From positions 44,003 through 64,002 of the IMG/VR virus record IMGVR_UViG_3300030098_002040: DNA of 20,000 nucleotides; one strand, 5' to 3'. The notes below the pieces were generated by a model. That model searched no databases and was not told the origin of the DNA. It saw only the letters and a program-made list of their open reading frames with translations. The translations under genes were made by a program, and so were the position numbers. Each line of letters opens with the position of its first letter. Positions within the stretch are counted from its first letter, which is position 1. This document shows, piece by piece, positions 8,242 to 16,407 of this stretch. Source of the DNA: an uncultured virus (IMG/VR IMGVR_UViG_3300030098_002040) (taxonomy: Duplodnaviria; Heunggongvirae; Uroviricota; Caudoviricetes).

Positions 8242-8571
8242 TTAATAACTCGGTCTGTTTATGTCTACAGGTGTATGTCGTTTTGGTTTTCTGTTCAAAG
8301 ATTTAAAAACAGAACTTATTTTTCTACCCGCAGCAGATATTTTTCTATTCATTTCTTGAGATCTTTTATAATACCTTGCTTTACCGGGAACAGATGTCTG
8401 TGCATCAGACCATCCTTTCCATACTTTTTTGTCATCTACTTTAGGTTTAGGTCCGTACCCACTAGTATTACTAGTAGTAGCTTTCTTTGTAGCTTTTTTT
8501 ACATTTGCTTTTCTTTTTTTCTTAGGAGGTCTCCCCACTTTTTTACCATATGTTCCTTTACCCATTGGCAT
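8242..8571 (-). CDS. Highly basic protein, putative DNA-binding
   Basis: Starts MPMGKGTYGKKVGRPPKKKRK with an AT-hook-like GRP, is Lys/Arg-rich throughout and has SD AAGGAG. Confidence 0.7.
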   Translation of the reverse strand: MPMGKGTYGKKVGRPPKKKRKANVKKATKKATTSNTSGYGPKPKVDDKKVWKGWSDAQTSVPGKARYYKRSQEMNRKISAAGRKISSVFKSLNRKPKRHTPVDINRPSY

Positions 8572-8582
8572 AATTATACTCC

Positions 8583-10181
8583 TTAATTAATTAACTCTTG
8601 TGCTTGTTGAGCAACTTGCCCAATATTAGTACCACCTGTTTGGTCTTGAATATCTTGTTGAGCTGCTGCTTGAGCAATATTACCTACTGCTGCTCCACCT
8701 TGTGAAGCTAGTTGCTGTAACATTTGTTGTTGCATTTGCTCTTGTTGCATAGCTTGTTGTGCCTTAGCTACTTCTTCTTCAGATTTAATCCAATTATCTG
8801 GATTAAACCCTAGAGTACTAACTAAAGCTTGACCAAAGGCATCCCATTTAAAAGTAGCAATTGATTCTGGAGGAAGGTTACGAACCATTTCTCCCAATTG
8901 CATTAACTTCATAAGATCTGATTCTCTATTTAAAGCTTGTAACCCAGTAACAATTTCTACATCTAAGTTTCCTTCAGTTGTAAAGAATTGTTGATACAAT
9001 CTTTTATCAATAGAACCATCATCAACCATAAGATAAACAGTTCTATTTAATATAGGTATAAATAAATCTCTAGCGATAGCACTAAATGCACCGCCTAAAA
9101 TATTTTCTAATTCTTGTCCTATTTTTTTAACGGCTGTAGCTGTTACACGATCTCCCGAAGGGATTGAAGCTGAGTCTAAAAGAAAAGCTTGTCCAATTTC
9201 TCTTCTCATTTTTTCAACAGCAGCGGAAACAGCTTGTATTTGTGGACTCATAGTGGCTGCTGGACTAATAGCTTCAATGTCTTCTCTTCTAGCTGCAATC
9301 CATTGACCATTAGGAGCAACTCCTACATCATCAATATCAGTAATTCCAGCTGGATCTACTGCCATCCAAAAAGTAGAACTAGCAGCCATTCCTTCAATCA
9401 TAGATCTTGTATAATTTTCTAAAGTTTCTATATCACCTATTAAATCTTCACAATGAGATCTAGAATACGGCTCGCCAGCTATAGAATTCCATCTTAATAC
9501 TGCAAGAGGAAGGACATCATAAGAACCAGACTCTACAATTTCACCGTCTAATTCTTTTTCTGCTATCCATTTACCTTTTTCATCTTTATATATTCTATTA
9601 AACTCTACATCGTAACCAGATCTTGAGTAAGATATTGACCCTGTTGCTGGTTCTTCAATATCTGCATCTTCTGGTTTAGATACAAATTCTAAATAAATAA
9701 GTTCTAATAAATCACCATTCACATCTCGTCTAACAACATAGTGATCAAGACGAATATTTCTAAAAGTATAATCATCTTCTTGAATAATTAAAACATCTCC
9801 AACAATAATTAAATGTTGAAGAGCTTGAAATAATACTTCTCTCATATTCTGACTTGTTAGTTTTTTATAAACTTGGTAACTTAAATTATTAAGATAAACT
9901 TGTGTTTCACTAGAAGGTTCTTGTCCCCCTTTAAGATTAAATCTAAAGAAAGGAGAATCATCTAAAGGTAAAAGAGCGTGTAAAATACGAGAAGACATAG
10001 CAGTTACGCCACGAGCAGAGACAGAAGAAAATGGTTTATTTAAAGAAGTATCGTCAGTATAACCTTCTGGAGGAAATATAGATGGAATAGTTAGCCAAGA
10101 ACAATGCCTTGCTCTTTCTAATTTTGCATAACGAAAGCCATCTAACTTATGAAATCTTTCTGCTATAGTTTTCTCTTTCAT
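8583..10181 (-). CDS. Portal / head-tail connector (T7 gp8-like)
   Basis: Motifs WLTIPSIFP, PFSSVSARGV, SPFFRF, YVVRRDVNG, LRW...GEPYSRSHCE..IGDI..LE, DRVTAT.V...GQELE..LGG.FS and EIVTGLQAL.R; 532 aa is typical of gp8. Confidence 0.96.
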   Translation of the reverse strand: MKEKTIAERFHKLDGFRYAKLERARHCSWLTIPSIFPPEGYTDDTSLNKPFSSVSARGVTAMSSRILHALLPLDDSPFFRFNLKGGQEPSSETQVYLNNLSYQVYKKLTSQNMREVLFQALQHLIIVGDVLIIQEDDYTFRNIRLDHYVVRRDVNGDLLELIYLEFVSKPEDADIEEPATGSISYSRSGYDVEFNRIYKDEKGKWIAEKELDGEIVESGSYDVLPLAVLRWNSIAGEPYSRSHCEDLIGDIETLENYTRSMIEGMAASSTFWMAVDPAGITDIDDVGVAPNGQWIAARREDIEAISPAATMSPQIQAVSAAVEKMRREIGQAFLLDSASIPSGDRVTATAVKKIGQELENILGGAFSAIARDLFIPILNRTVYLMVDDGSIDKRLYQQFFTTEGNLDVEIVTGLQALNRESDLMKLMQLGEMVRNLPPESIATFKWDAFGQALVSTLGFNPDNWIKSEEEVAKAQQAMQQEQMQQQMLQQLASQGGAAVGNIAQAAAQQDIQDQTGGTNIGQVAQQAQELIN

Positions 10182-10185
10182 TTAA

Positions 10186-10500
10186 TTACTCCGGTCTAGG
10201 AATTTGAATAGAATCTGGTCTATCTCTATAAATTGATTCTGCTGCTCGTGTTCCAACATTTCGTTGGGCAGCAACTTCTTCTTGAACAGCTCCTTCTTGT
10301 GCTTCAATTTCAGCTTTCTTTCTTTTAGCTTCTTCTTCTGCGGATTTAATTCTAGCTAACCTTGCTGCTTCTCTTTGAGCTTCTCTTTCGTCAGCTTTTT
10401 CTTGCATCAACATAGTATTTTGTTGCATTCTTTCAAACTGACGTTGTTGCATTTGTTCCATAGCTCCGTAATCTGTTTTTGGTGCTTTGCCTCCACCCAT
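10186..10500 (-). CDS. Small virion/tail-assembly protein (positional equivalent of T7 gp6.7/gp7.3), coiled coil
   Basis: MGGGKAPK start, helical E/A/Q/R-rich body, strong SD GGAGG, immediately upstream of the portal. Confidence 0.6.
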   Translation of the reverse strand: MGGGKAPKTDYGAMEQMQQRQFERMQQNTMLMQEKADEREAQREAARLARIKSAEEEAKRKKAEIEAQEGAVQEEVAAQRNVGTRAAESIYRDRPDSIQIPRPE

Positions 10501-10501
10501 T

Positions 10502-10819
10502 TTATTTTACCTCCCTTTTACTTGTTGTTTTCTTATGGACTTTAGTTTGTTTATTACGTCCCGTTGTCCCCCTCGAAACGCCCACTCCTCCCTTGTCGTC
10601 AGGTTGCTGTACTCCATCGGTGGATACAGTAGATCCAGTTCCTTTATTACTTGATCTTCTATCAAGGGCATCCGTTCTTTCAGAGATTTTTTGGACATTT
10701 TGTTCTAGCCTTTCTATTTTATTAGTTAGTTCTTGTATTATCCCCATTAAATGTTTTTCAGTTTGTGATAAAGCTCGACCAGCCCCATACATACTTCTTA
10801 TAAATGCTTGTGTATTCAT
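10502..10819 (-). CDS. Hypothetical protein with N-terminal coiled coil; C-terminal part overprints the 63-aa ORF
   Basis: SD AGGAG and ATGA coupling to the RNR stop. Heptad pattern LMGIIQELTNKIERLEQNVQKI followed by a Gly/Ser/Thr/Lys-rich tail. Confidence 0.55.
   Translation of the reverse strand: MNTQAFIRSMYGAGRALSQTEKHLMGIIQELTNKIERLEQNVQKISERTDALDRRSSNKGTGSTVSTDGVQQPDDKGGVGVSRGTTGRNKQTKVHKKTTSKREVK
10507..10698 (-). CDS. Small podophage protein (gp6.5-like position; GQRxV motif)
   Basis: MPLIEDQVIKELDLLYP...AFRGGQRDVINKLK resembles the small P.I...L+.L..+YP...GQR.V+..L proteins found before the portal module in T7-like phages (recalled pattern). The start could be 10698 or 10671. Confidence 0.6.
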   Translation of the reverse strand: MSKKSLKERMPLIEDQVIKELDLLYPPMEYSNLTTREEWAFRGGQRDVINKLKSIRKQQVKGR

Positions 10820-12732
10820 TTTATATCTCCTGTTAAATCGGTAATCTCACAACCACCTGCACTACAAGCAAGCTCTTTGCTATTAGTTGTAGTATCTTCT
10901 TTTTCATAATTTTTTAATTGAGTCCAATCAATATCAATTGGTAAATTATCTTCCATCTCAAGAAAACTTTTATAATCTTTTATTTCTTCAAATGGAGCTT
11001 GATCATATACATGATCTTCTTTTGGTAAGAAAGATATTCCACTTACCCAATTCCAATTATTCCAAACCCAGTTTCCTATTTCTAAAAACTCCTCATTAGA
11101 GTAAGAAATAGTTACACTTGGTTTATGATCGCACCAATGTCTTTGATATATTAACCAAAGATTTAAATGGTTTAATGCACTAATATCTTTTTGTGTTTTA
11201 GAACTCAATGGAGAACTAATAGGAAAAGAAAACACGGTAGTACTATGTGGTCGCATACAACAATCTTCATGTGGGATACCTTGATCAGACATAAACTGTG
11301 TCATTGGATCATTCTTATCCATTCGTACTCTTCTAATATATTGTTTACTATATCTTGGATGCATTCCTGAAGATGAGCCAGCTACACAACTAGTAGTTCC
11401 ACTAGGCTTAACACAAGTAATAGCTGTGCTTTCATTAATACCTAATTTATTAGACCATATCTTGTTTATATGTTTAGCACATTTCTTCAAATCAATTAAA
11501 GTATTAGGAAGATCAGGATTATTTACATCACTGAAAAATTTATTATCATATATTCCAGTAAAAGAAACTCCTAGTAATCTTTCCTCATCACAATTTAATC
11601 TCCATTGTTCATCTAAATAAGGAAATCTAGTACAAGCAGATTGAATAGTTCCAAAAATAGCAGCAGATCTAATTTTACTAGTAATAGATTGAATCGTATC
11701 GTCTGATTTAATTACAATCTCTGATAAATTACAAAATTGTTTGTGTCGAAGAATGATTTCAGAACAAGGATTTGTTCCAAATTTATAATCTGAATCTCGA
11801 CCAGCTAGTTTTGCTATAGTTTTCATTGATTCTCTATTGCATATACCTCTTTCTCCTGATTTAGAATTGTACATCTCTGCCCATTCTTCTAAGAAAGTAG
11901 AGAAAGATGGTTTATTATTATACACAGCAGAGTTATTAGCTAAAGATCTATGACCTGCTGATTCCCACCAAGGACCACTCTTAGCTCTTGCCATGCTCTT
12001 GTCTTCTAAATCACTAAGAGAAATTAAAGCGGATCGCCTGACAGCACCTGCTATTACAATCTCTCCAATCATACACACAATATCATGTACTTCTAAGCTA
12101 GATAGCTTGCGTCCTTTGGCATTGTGAAATGTATTAGTAACAAACTTAAACAAACGAATCAAGGGCTCAGGACCCGAAGCTCGTCCTCCAAAAGTTTTAA
12201 GTCTTGCTCCTGCGGGTCGAACCTGAACCGTATCCCATGTTGGATGAATGCCTTGATACAAATACCAGACCAGCTGTTCTAACGACTCAGCCCACCCTTT
12301 TCTAGAATCTTTAACTATAATCTCTATAGTTTCTACTCTTTTAATAACATTTGGTATTTCAGGGAGCTTGGCAATCTCGTCTCTTTCGCAAGAGAATCCC
12401 ACACCAGTTCCACAACAAAGAATATATAATATTTGTGAAAATATTGAAGGATCATTTACAGCCACATAACTACAGTTATATAAACAAGTGTCATCTACTT
12501 CCGCAGCAGCTCCAGCAGTCATCAATGCCCGCATACTAGGGAATACCTCACGGTTTAACAAATGTTTCTTAGCATCCTGAAGATCTGGATCTTCTGCGTC
12601 TAGGTCAAACCTATTAATAAAATAATTAAAATATCTATTAACACATTCTTCCCAAGTCTCTCTTCTCTTCTCCTCCTCTAGCCACCTACAGTATTTACTA
12701 GTAGCTATGAAGTCTTCAAATAAACGGCTCAA
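10816..12732 (-). CDS. nrdJ: Class II adenosylcobalamin-dependent ribonucleotide reductase (monomeric RTPR type)
   Basis: Motifs RRETWEE, FPSMRAL, YNCSY, GTGVGFS, VRPAGARLKTFGGRASGP, VRRSALISL, GTNPCSEI (thiyl Cys), FCNLSE, TCVKPSGT and C-terminal redox pair CSAGGCE. No beta-subunit gene nearby. TTG 12732 after SD AGGGAG is preferred over 12753. Confidence 0.95.
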   Translation of the reverse strand: MSRLFEDFIATSKYCRWLEEEKRRETWEECVNRYFNYFINRFDLDAEDPDLQDAKKHLLNREVFPSMRALMTAGAAAEVDDTCLYNCSYVAVNDPSIFSQILYILCCGTGVGFSCERDEIAKLPEIPNVIKRVETIEIIVKDSRKGWAESLEQLVWYLYQGIHPTWDTVQVRPAGARLKTFGGRASGPEPLIRLFKFVTNTFHNAKGRKLSSLEVHDIVCMIGEIVIAGAVRRSALISLSDLEDKSMARAKSGPWWESAGHRSLANNSAVYNNKPSFSTFLEEWAEMYNSKSGERGICNRESMKTIAKLAGRDSDYKFGTNPCSEIILRHKQFCNLSEIVIKSDDTIQSITSKIRSAAIFGTIQSACTRFPYLDEQWRLNCDEERLLGVSFTGIYDNKFFSDVNNPDLPNTLIDLKKCAKHINKIWSNKLGINESTAITCVKPSGTTSCVAGSSSGMHPRYSKQYIRRVRMDKNDPMTQFMSDQGIPHEDCCMRPHSTTVFSFPISSPLSSKTQKDISALNHLNLWLIYQRHWCDHKPSVTISYSNEEFLEIGNWVWNNWNWVSGISFLPKEDHVYDQAPFEEIKDYKSFLEMEDNLPIDIDWTQLKNYEKEDTTTNSKELACSAGGCEITDLTGDIK

Positions 12733-12734
12733 TG

Positions 12735-13493
12735 TTATTCTCCCTTTACCCAATTATGTGGTTTCCATAAATTAATACTATTATCTTTCTTGTTATATTC
12801 ACCATCCCGAAGGATACGAACACACCAAGCCATAGACATAGCAAACTGACCTGTAGTCATGTCACCATAATCCTCCGCTGGATTAGGTCGTGTTTCATTA
12901 TCATATAAATTAAAGATATTCGACACCCATTCACCCTTAGCCCAATCATTCAGATACTTTTCTGCCTTCTTAGGACCAACTCTCCAAAGTCCGGGAATGC
13001 CGTCTGTAGAATCTCCTGTCATCCATTGTTTAAAAAAGAATCTATCAGCCTCTTCTTCTTCTATGAATACAGGCTCCTCTTCTTTATCAGGGTTCCAATG
13101 CCAACCCGGCACACCTCGTAGATCTTTATCTATAGTAACTGCAATAGCTGACCCGTTGCTTGCAGCCAATCCCATAAGATCATCTGCTTCTAATTTATTT
13201 ACAGCTTTACAGTCCGCATTATCATATAATATCTCTACAGAGTAGCCTAAACAATCTGGTTGTGCAGACCCATCTCTATGTGCCTTGTAACGTGACCAAT
13301 GCTCACGCCTAAAGTTTTCACTCCTTGGACAAGAAAAAGCAACGATAATTTTCTTCACACCATGAGGTGTCCATCGTTTAATATCAAGGCTTAGTCTATC
13401 CTCTAATGCATCTATGCCCTCAATATCTGCCCAGAATGAAGCTTTATATGCTAATATATCTCCATCTAATACAGCTATCTTAGGCTTCTTCAT
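12735..13493 (-). CDS. 5'-3' exonuclease (T7 gp6-like, FEN family)
   Basis: Acidic active-site motifs LDGDILAY, NFR.....YKA.R, LEADD, IDKDL and GDSTDGIPG..RVGPKKA. Confidence 0.95.
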   Translation of the reverse strand: MKKPKIAVLDGDILAYKASFWADIEGIDALEDRLSLDIKRWTPHGVKKIIVAFSCPRSENFRREHWSRYKAHRDGSAQPDCLGYSVEILYDNADCKAVNKLEADDLMGLAASNGSAIAVTIDKDLRGVPGWHWNPDKEEEPVFIEEEEADRFFFKQWMTGDSTDGIPGLWRVGPKKAEKYLNDWAKGEWVSNIFNLYDNETRPNPAEDYGDMTTGQFAMSMAWCVRILRDGEYNKKDNSINLWKPHNWVKGE

Positions 13494-14199
13494 CTATATC
13501 TCCAAATAATCTATCAATTAAATCATCAATAACAGACTCAATATCAGGTATACGTTGTTCTCTTCTAGCTTTACATAGCTCACAAGAGCATTTACTTTCT
13601 GTTTGACATTCTAAACCTAACCAAAATTTTATCCTCCTGATAACCATTTGTCGCAAGTTCTCTTCGGTAGTTTCGTTAATAAGAGTAGTAGTAAATAAGT
13701 CCTGATAGTCAGCCCTACCCATGTCTTTTGATACCGACAGCAATTCAGACTCATGCGTTCTCCATTCTGCGTCTGCATTTTCCATCGTTCTAGATCCCGC
13801 AGTAACAAATATTTGTATCGCCTTGAGTTTCTTACCTTTGGATAGTTCGTTAAGATATCGGCAATCATCCACAATGACAAGTCTCTCCCAATACTTTTTC
13901 CCTTCATTTAAATCATCCATTTCTTCTGATTGAATCTGTTGTAATTTTTTATACCATTGATTAACCCAATAGTCTGGGTTATCATCTCGCATAATCTTGC
14001 CTAAATGTTGGCAATAATCTCTATACTCTTCCGAGTTTTTATCTTTACATAATCCTTTTTCTTTCGCTGAATCCTTAATAGGACCTGCAAAGGGAAGAAG
14101 TATAGGCTTGTATCCTAATTTAAATCCTTCTTCTGCAATAAACTTAGCAGTTGTTGTTTTACCAACTCTTGCTTGTCCACTTATAGTAATGATTTGCAT
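13480..14199 (-). CDS. Deoxynucleoside monophosphate kinase (P-loop) with Cys-rich C-terminal extension
   Basis: Walker A ISGQARVGKTT, FAGPIKD, R..CQHLG...R...PDYWV, IVDDCRYLNE and HESE. ATG 14199 lies 7 nt after SD GGAGG. Confidence 0.85.
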   Translation of the reverse strand: MQIITISGQARVGKTTTAKFIAEEGFKLGYKPILLPFAGPIKDSAKEKGLCKDKNSEEYRDYCQHLGKIMRDDNPDYWVNQWYKKLQQIQSEEMDDLNEGKKYWERLVIVDDCRYLNELSKGKKLKAIQIFVTAGSRTMENADAEWRTHESELLSVSKDMGRADYQDLFTTTLINETTEENLRQMVIRRIKFWLGLECQTESKCSCELCKARREQRIPDIESVIDDLIDRLFGDIDEEA

Positions 14200-14696
14200 T
14201 TCCATTCCTCCATAACACTTTTTGATGAAACACAATTTGTAACAAGTGTTTTCCATAAACTGACAGGGCTATAATTTTTTGCAATATTATAAGCTTCATG
14301 CTTGCGATAATAATTAAGCCAAGATATAACAGGTACAGTACAAGCATCGGGCGGGTATTGTTTAAAAAATATTCTTGTCAAAAAATACTTAGTCATTTTA
14401 TAAGGGTTCATATTAAAATTATTTAAATCATTAAAAAATAAAGAGTGTGGGATAACATCTGCAAAATATAATACATCTACTGGCTCTACTATTTTTAATA
14501 AAGTATTTAACGGAATCCATTTGCTTTTTCTTTTTATATCAGAATGTAAAGCAAATAAATGTTCATAGTTTTCTCTTCCCTTTTCCCTAACAACTAAAGC
14601 AACATGATTAATTCGAGAGCCAGTTAATACATTAACTAACCAACCCCAAAATGTTTTCTTTTTAAATTGTCCAAATAAAACATATACTTCTATCAA
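14181..14696 (-). CDS. Hypothetical protein, candidate permuted papain-like (NlpC/P60, YiiX/YaeF-type) enzyme
   Basis: LTGSRINHVALVV (His31), ALHS (His51), PY, DACT (Cys119) and late SP.SL motif. The TTG start overlaps the polymerase stop. Confidence 0.5.
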   Translation of the reverse strand: MIEVYVLFGQFKKKTFWGWLVNVLTGSRINHVALVVREKGRENYEHLFALHSDIKRKSKWIPLNTLLKIVEPVDVLYFADVIPHSLFFNDLNNFNMNPYKMTKYFLTRIFFKQYPPDACTVPVISWLNYYRKHEAYNIAKNYSPVSLWKTLVTNCVSSKSVMEEWKCKSLL

Positions 14697-16378
14697 TGTG
14701 TTTCACTCCAATCTTTTCCAACTCTAAACTCACCGTCTAGTTGCATACACTTAAGTTTTTCTCCAGCTTCTTGAATAGAATCTACTGCCATCTGACCAAC
14801 AGTATCTGCAATACTAGGCTCGCATTCTAACTGCCACTCATCATGAACTGTAGCCATAAATCTAGCATTAAGTTTTGCAATTTTCCTATTCAATAAAACT
14901 TGAGCAAGTTTCATAACAATAGCACCATCTCCTTGCAATTGAACATTCAAAGCACTATGCTCTGACCGACAAGGAACTTCTCTACCGTCTAATAAAGTAA
15001 CTGTTCCCTTTTTAGATACTTGATACTTAACATCATCAATCACTTTCTTAATAGCTGGTAATTTACTAAAGTAAGACTCCTTTAGTTTCTTGCCCATGTG
15101 TGCTGATTGATTTATTATCTTACCAATTTTAGCATCTCCAGCTCCATAAATCAAGCCATAAAAGAAAGTTTTACTAAGATCTCTGCTAGGTAAACCCGCA
15201 GCTTTTTGATTCACAGTATGAATATCATCCGTTAAAATAACATTAGCATATGAACCATTGTCGTACTGCATCATTCTAGTAGCTAACATTCTAGCTTCAA
15301 GTCCAGAGGCATCAGCCCCTACCATAACCCATTCATCTTTAGGGATAAATAAACTTCTTGCACGTTTATCGCCACTAACTTGTTGAAGATTAGGCTGGCT
15401 TGCGGTCATCCGACCTGTTACTGTACCTTGAGGATTAATAGAACCATGTATTCTACCATCTCTACTATTCTCTGCTCGCTTTATCCAATCAGATACTTGT
15501 CCCATAAGTTTTGTAATATTAAAATAATCTATTAACATTTTAACTTCAGGAAACTTTAATCTCTTTAGTACTTCTTCATCTACCTTTGGATTACCTTTAT
15601 CTGTTTGTGGAGGAATCCAATTGTATTTATCTTGAAGACGTTCAGCTATTTGTTTTCTAGATCCGGGATTGAATACAGTAATTCTATCCTTTAATCTTTT
15701 ACCAGTCTTTTCTGAATGTCTTTCTTCTACTTTAGTTGGAAAGACTTCACGAAGACTATCTTCAATAGAACATTTTTCTAATAGTAAATCAATATGCAAA
15801 GCTTCTGCTTTATCTAAAGCAAAACCAATACCATTTGATATTTGTTTAGCTATGATAGTAGTTACTTCATGTTCAAGCCATACGGATTTACTATACTTGT
15901 TAGCAAATTCTTTTTGTCTATTGTATATCTCAGCATTTACATGCACATCTTGAATGCAATAGTCTAACATTTCTTGTGAAAAGAAATCAAACCCACCAGT
16001 GTAGTTTGTTTTTTCTACACCAATGTGTCTACCCCAGCATTCCAGAGAGTTGCCACCCAATGGGTGACTTGACTTCTCTGGATACATCATCTTGCTAACA
16101 ACCAAAGTATCAAAAGTAGGAGTGTTAATTTTGCCGTAAGTCCTCTCCAGCATAGGAATATCATAAATAATAATATTATGACCAATAATAAGATCAGATT
16201 TACGCAGAAGTTGAACGCCCAACTCGATGTTATCTTCTGTAAACGTGTATATTTTTTCTGTTTCAATGTCTTTGGCAACTAAGCACCATACTTTTGTACC
16301 GGCTGGTGTAGCATTTCCTTTCCTATCTAATATAAGTTCGTTTAATCCATTCGCTTCTATGTCGAATACTAGTTTCAT
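14693..16378 (-). CDS. polA: Family A DNA polymerase with 3'-5' exonuclease (T7 gp5-like)
   Basis: ExoI VFDIEANGL, ExoII GHNIIIYDIP, ExoIII MLDYCIQDV; GTVTGRM...PNLQQV; motif A GADASGLEAR, motif B RDLSKTFFYGLIYGAG, motif C VHDEWQ. Confidence 0.97.
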   Translation of the reverse strand: MKLVFDIEANGLNELILDRKGNATPAGTKVWCLVAKDIETEKIYTFTEDNIELGVQLLRKSDLIIGHNIIIYDIPMLERTYGKINTPTFDTLVVSKMMYPEKSSHPLGGNSLECWGRHIGVEKTNYTGGFDFFSQEMLDYCIQDVHVNAEIYNRQKEFANKYSKSVWLEHEVTTIIAKQISNGIGFALDKAEALHIDLLLEKCSIEDSLREVFPTKVEERHSEKTGKRLKDRITVFNPGSRKQIAERLQDKYNWIPPQTDKGNPKVDEEVLKRLKFPEVKMLIDYFNITKLMGQVSDWIKRAENSRDGRIHGSINPQGTVTGRMTASQPNLQQVSGDKRARSLFIPKDEWVMVGADASGLEARMLATRMMQYDNGSYANVILTDDIHTVNQKAAGLPSRDLSKTFFYGLIYGAGDAKIGKIINQSAHMGKKLKESYFSKLPAIKKVIDDVKYQVSKKGTVTLLDGREVPCRSEHSALNVQLQGDGAIVMKLAQVLLNRKIAKLNARFMATVHDEWQLECEPSIADTVGQMAVDSIQEAGEKLKCMQLDGEFRVGKDWSETH

Positions 16379-16407
16379 ACTTTACTCCTTCGTCCTGATT
16401 TTGAGGA

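Noticed and set aside
8586..8770. Gln-rich repeat-like stretch at the portal C-terminus
   Set aside because: This is the low-complexity helical tail common in podophage portals, not a DNA repeat array or CRISPR.
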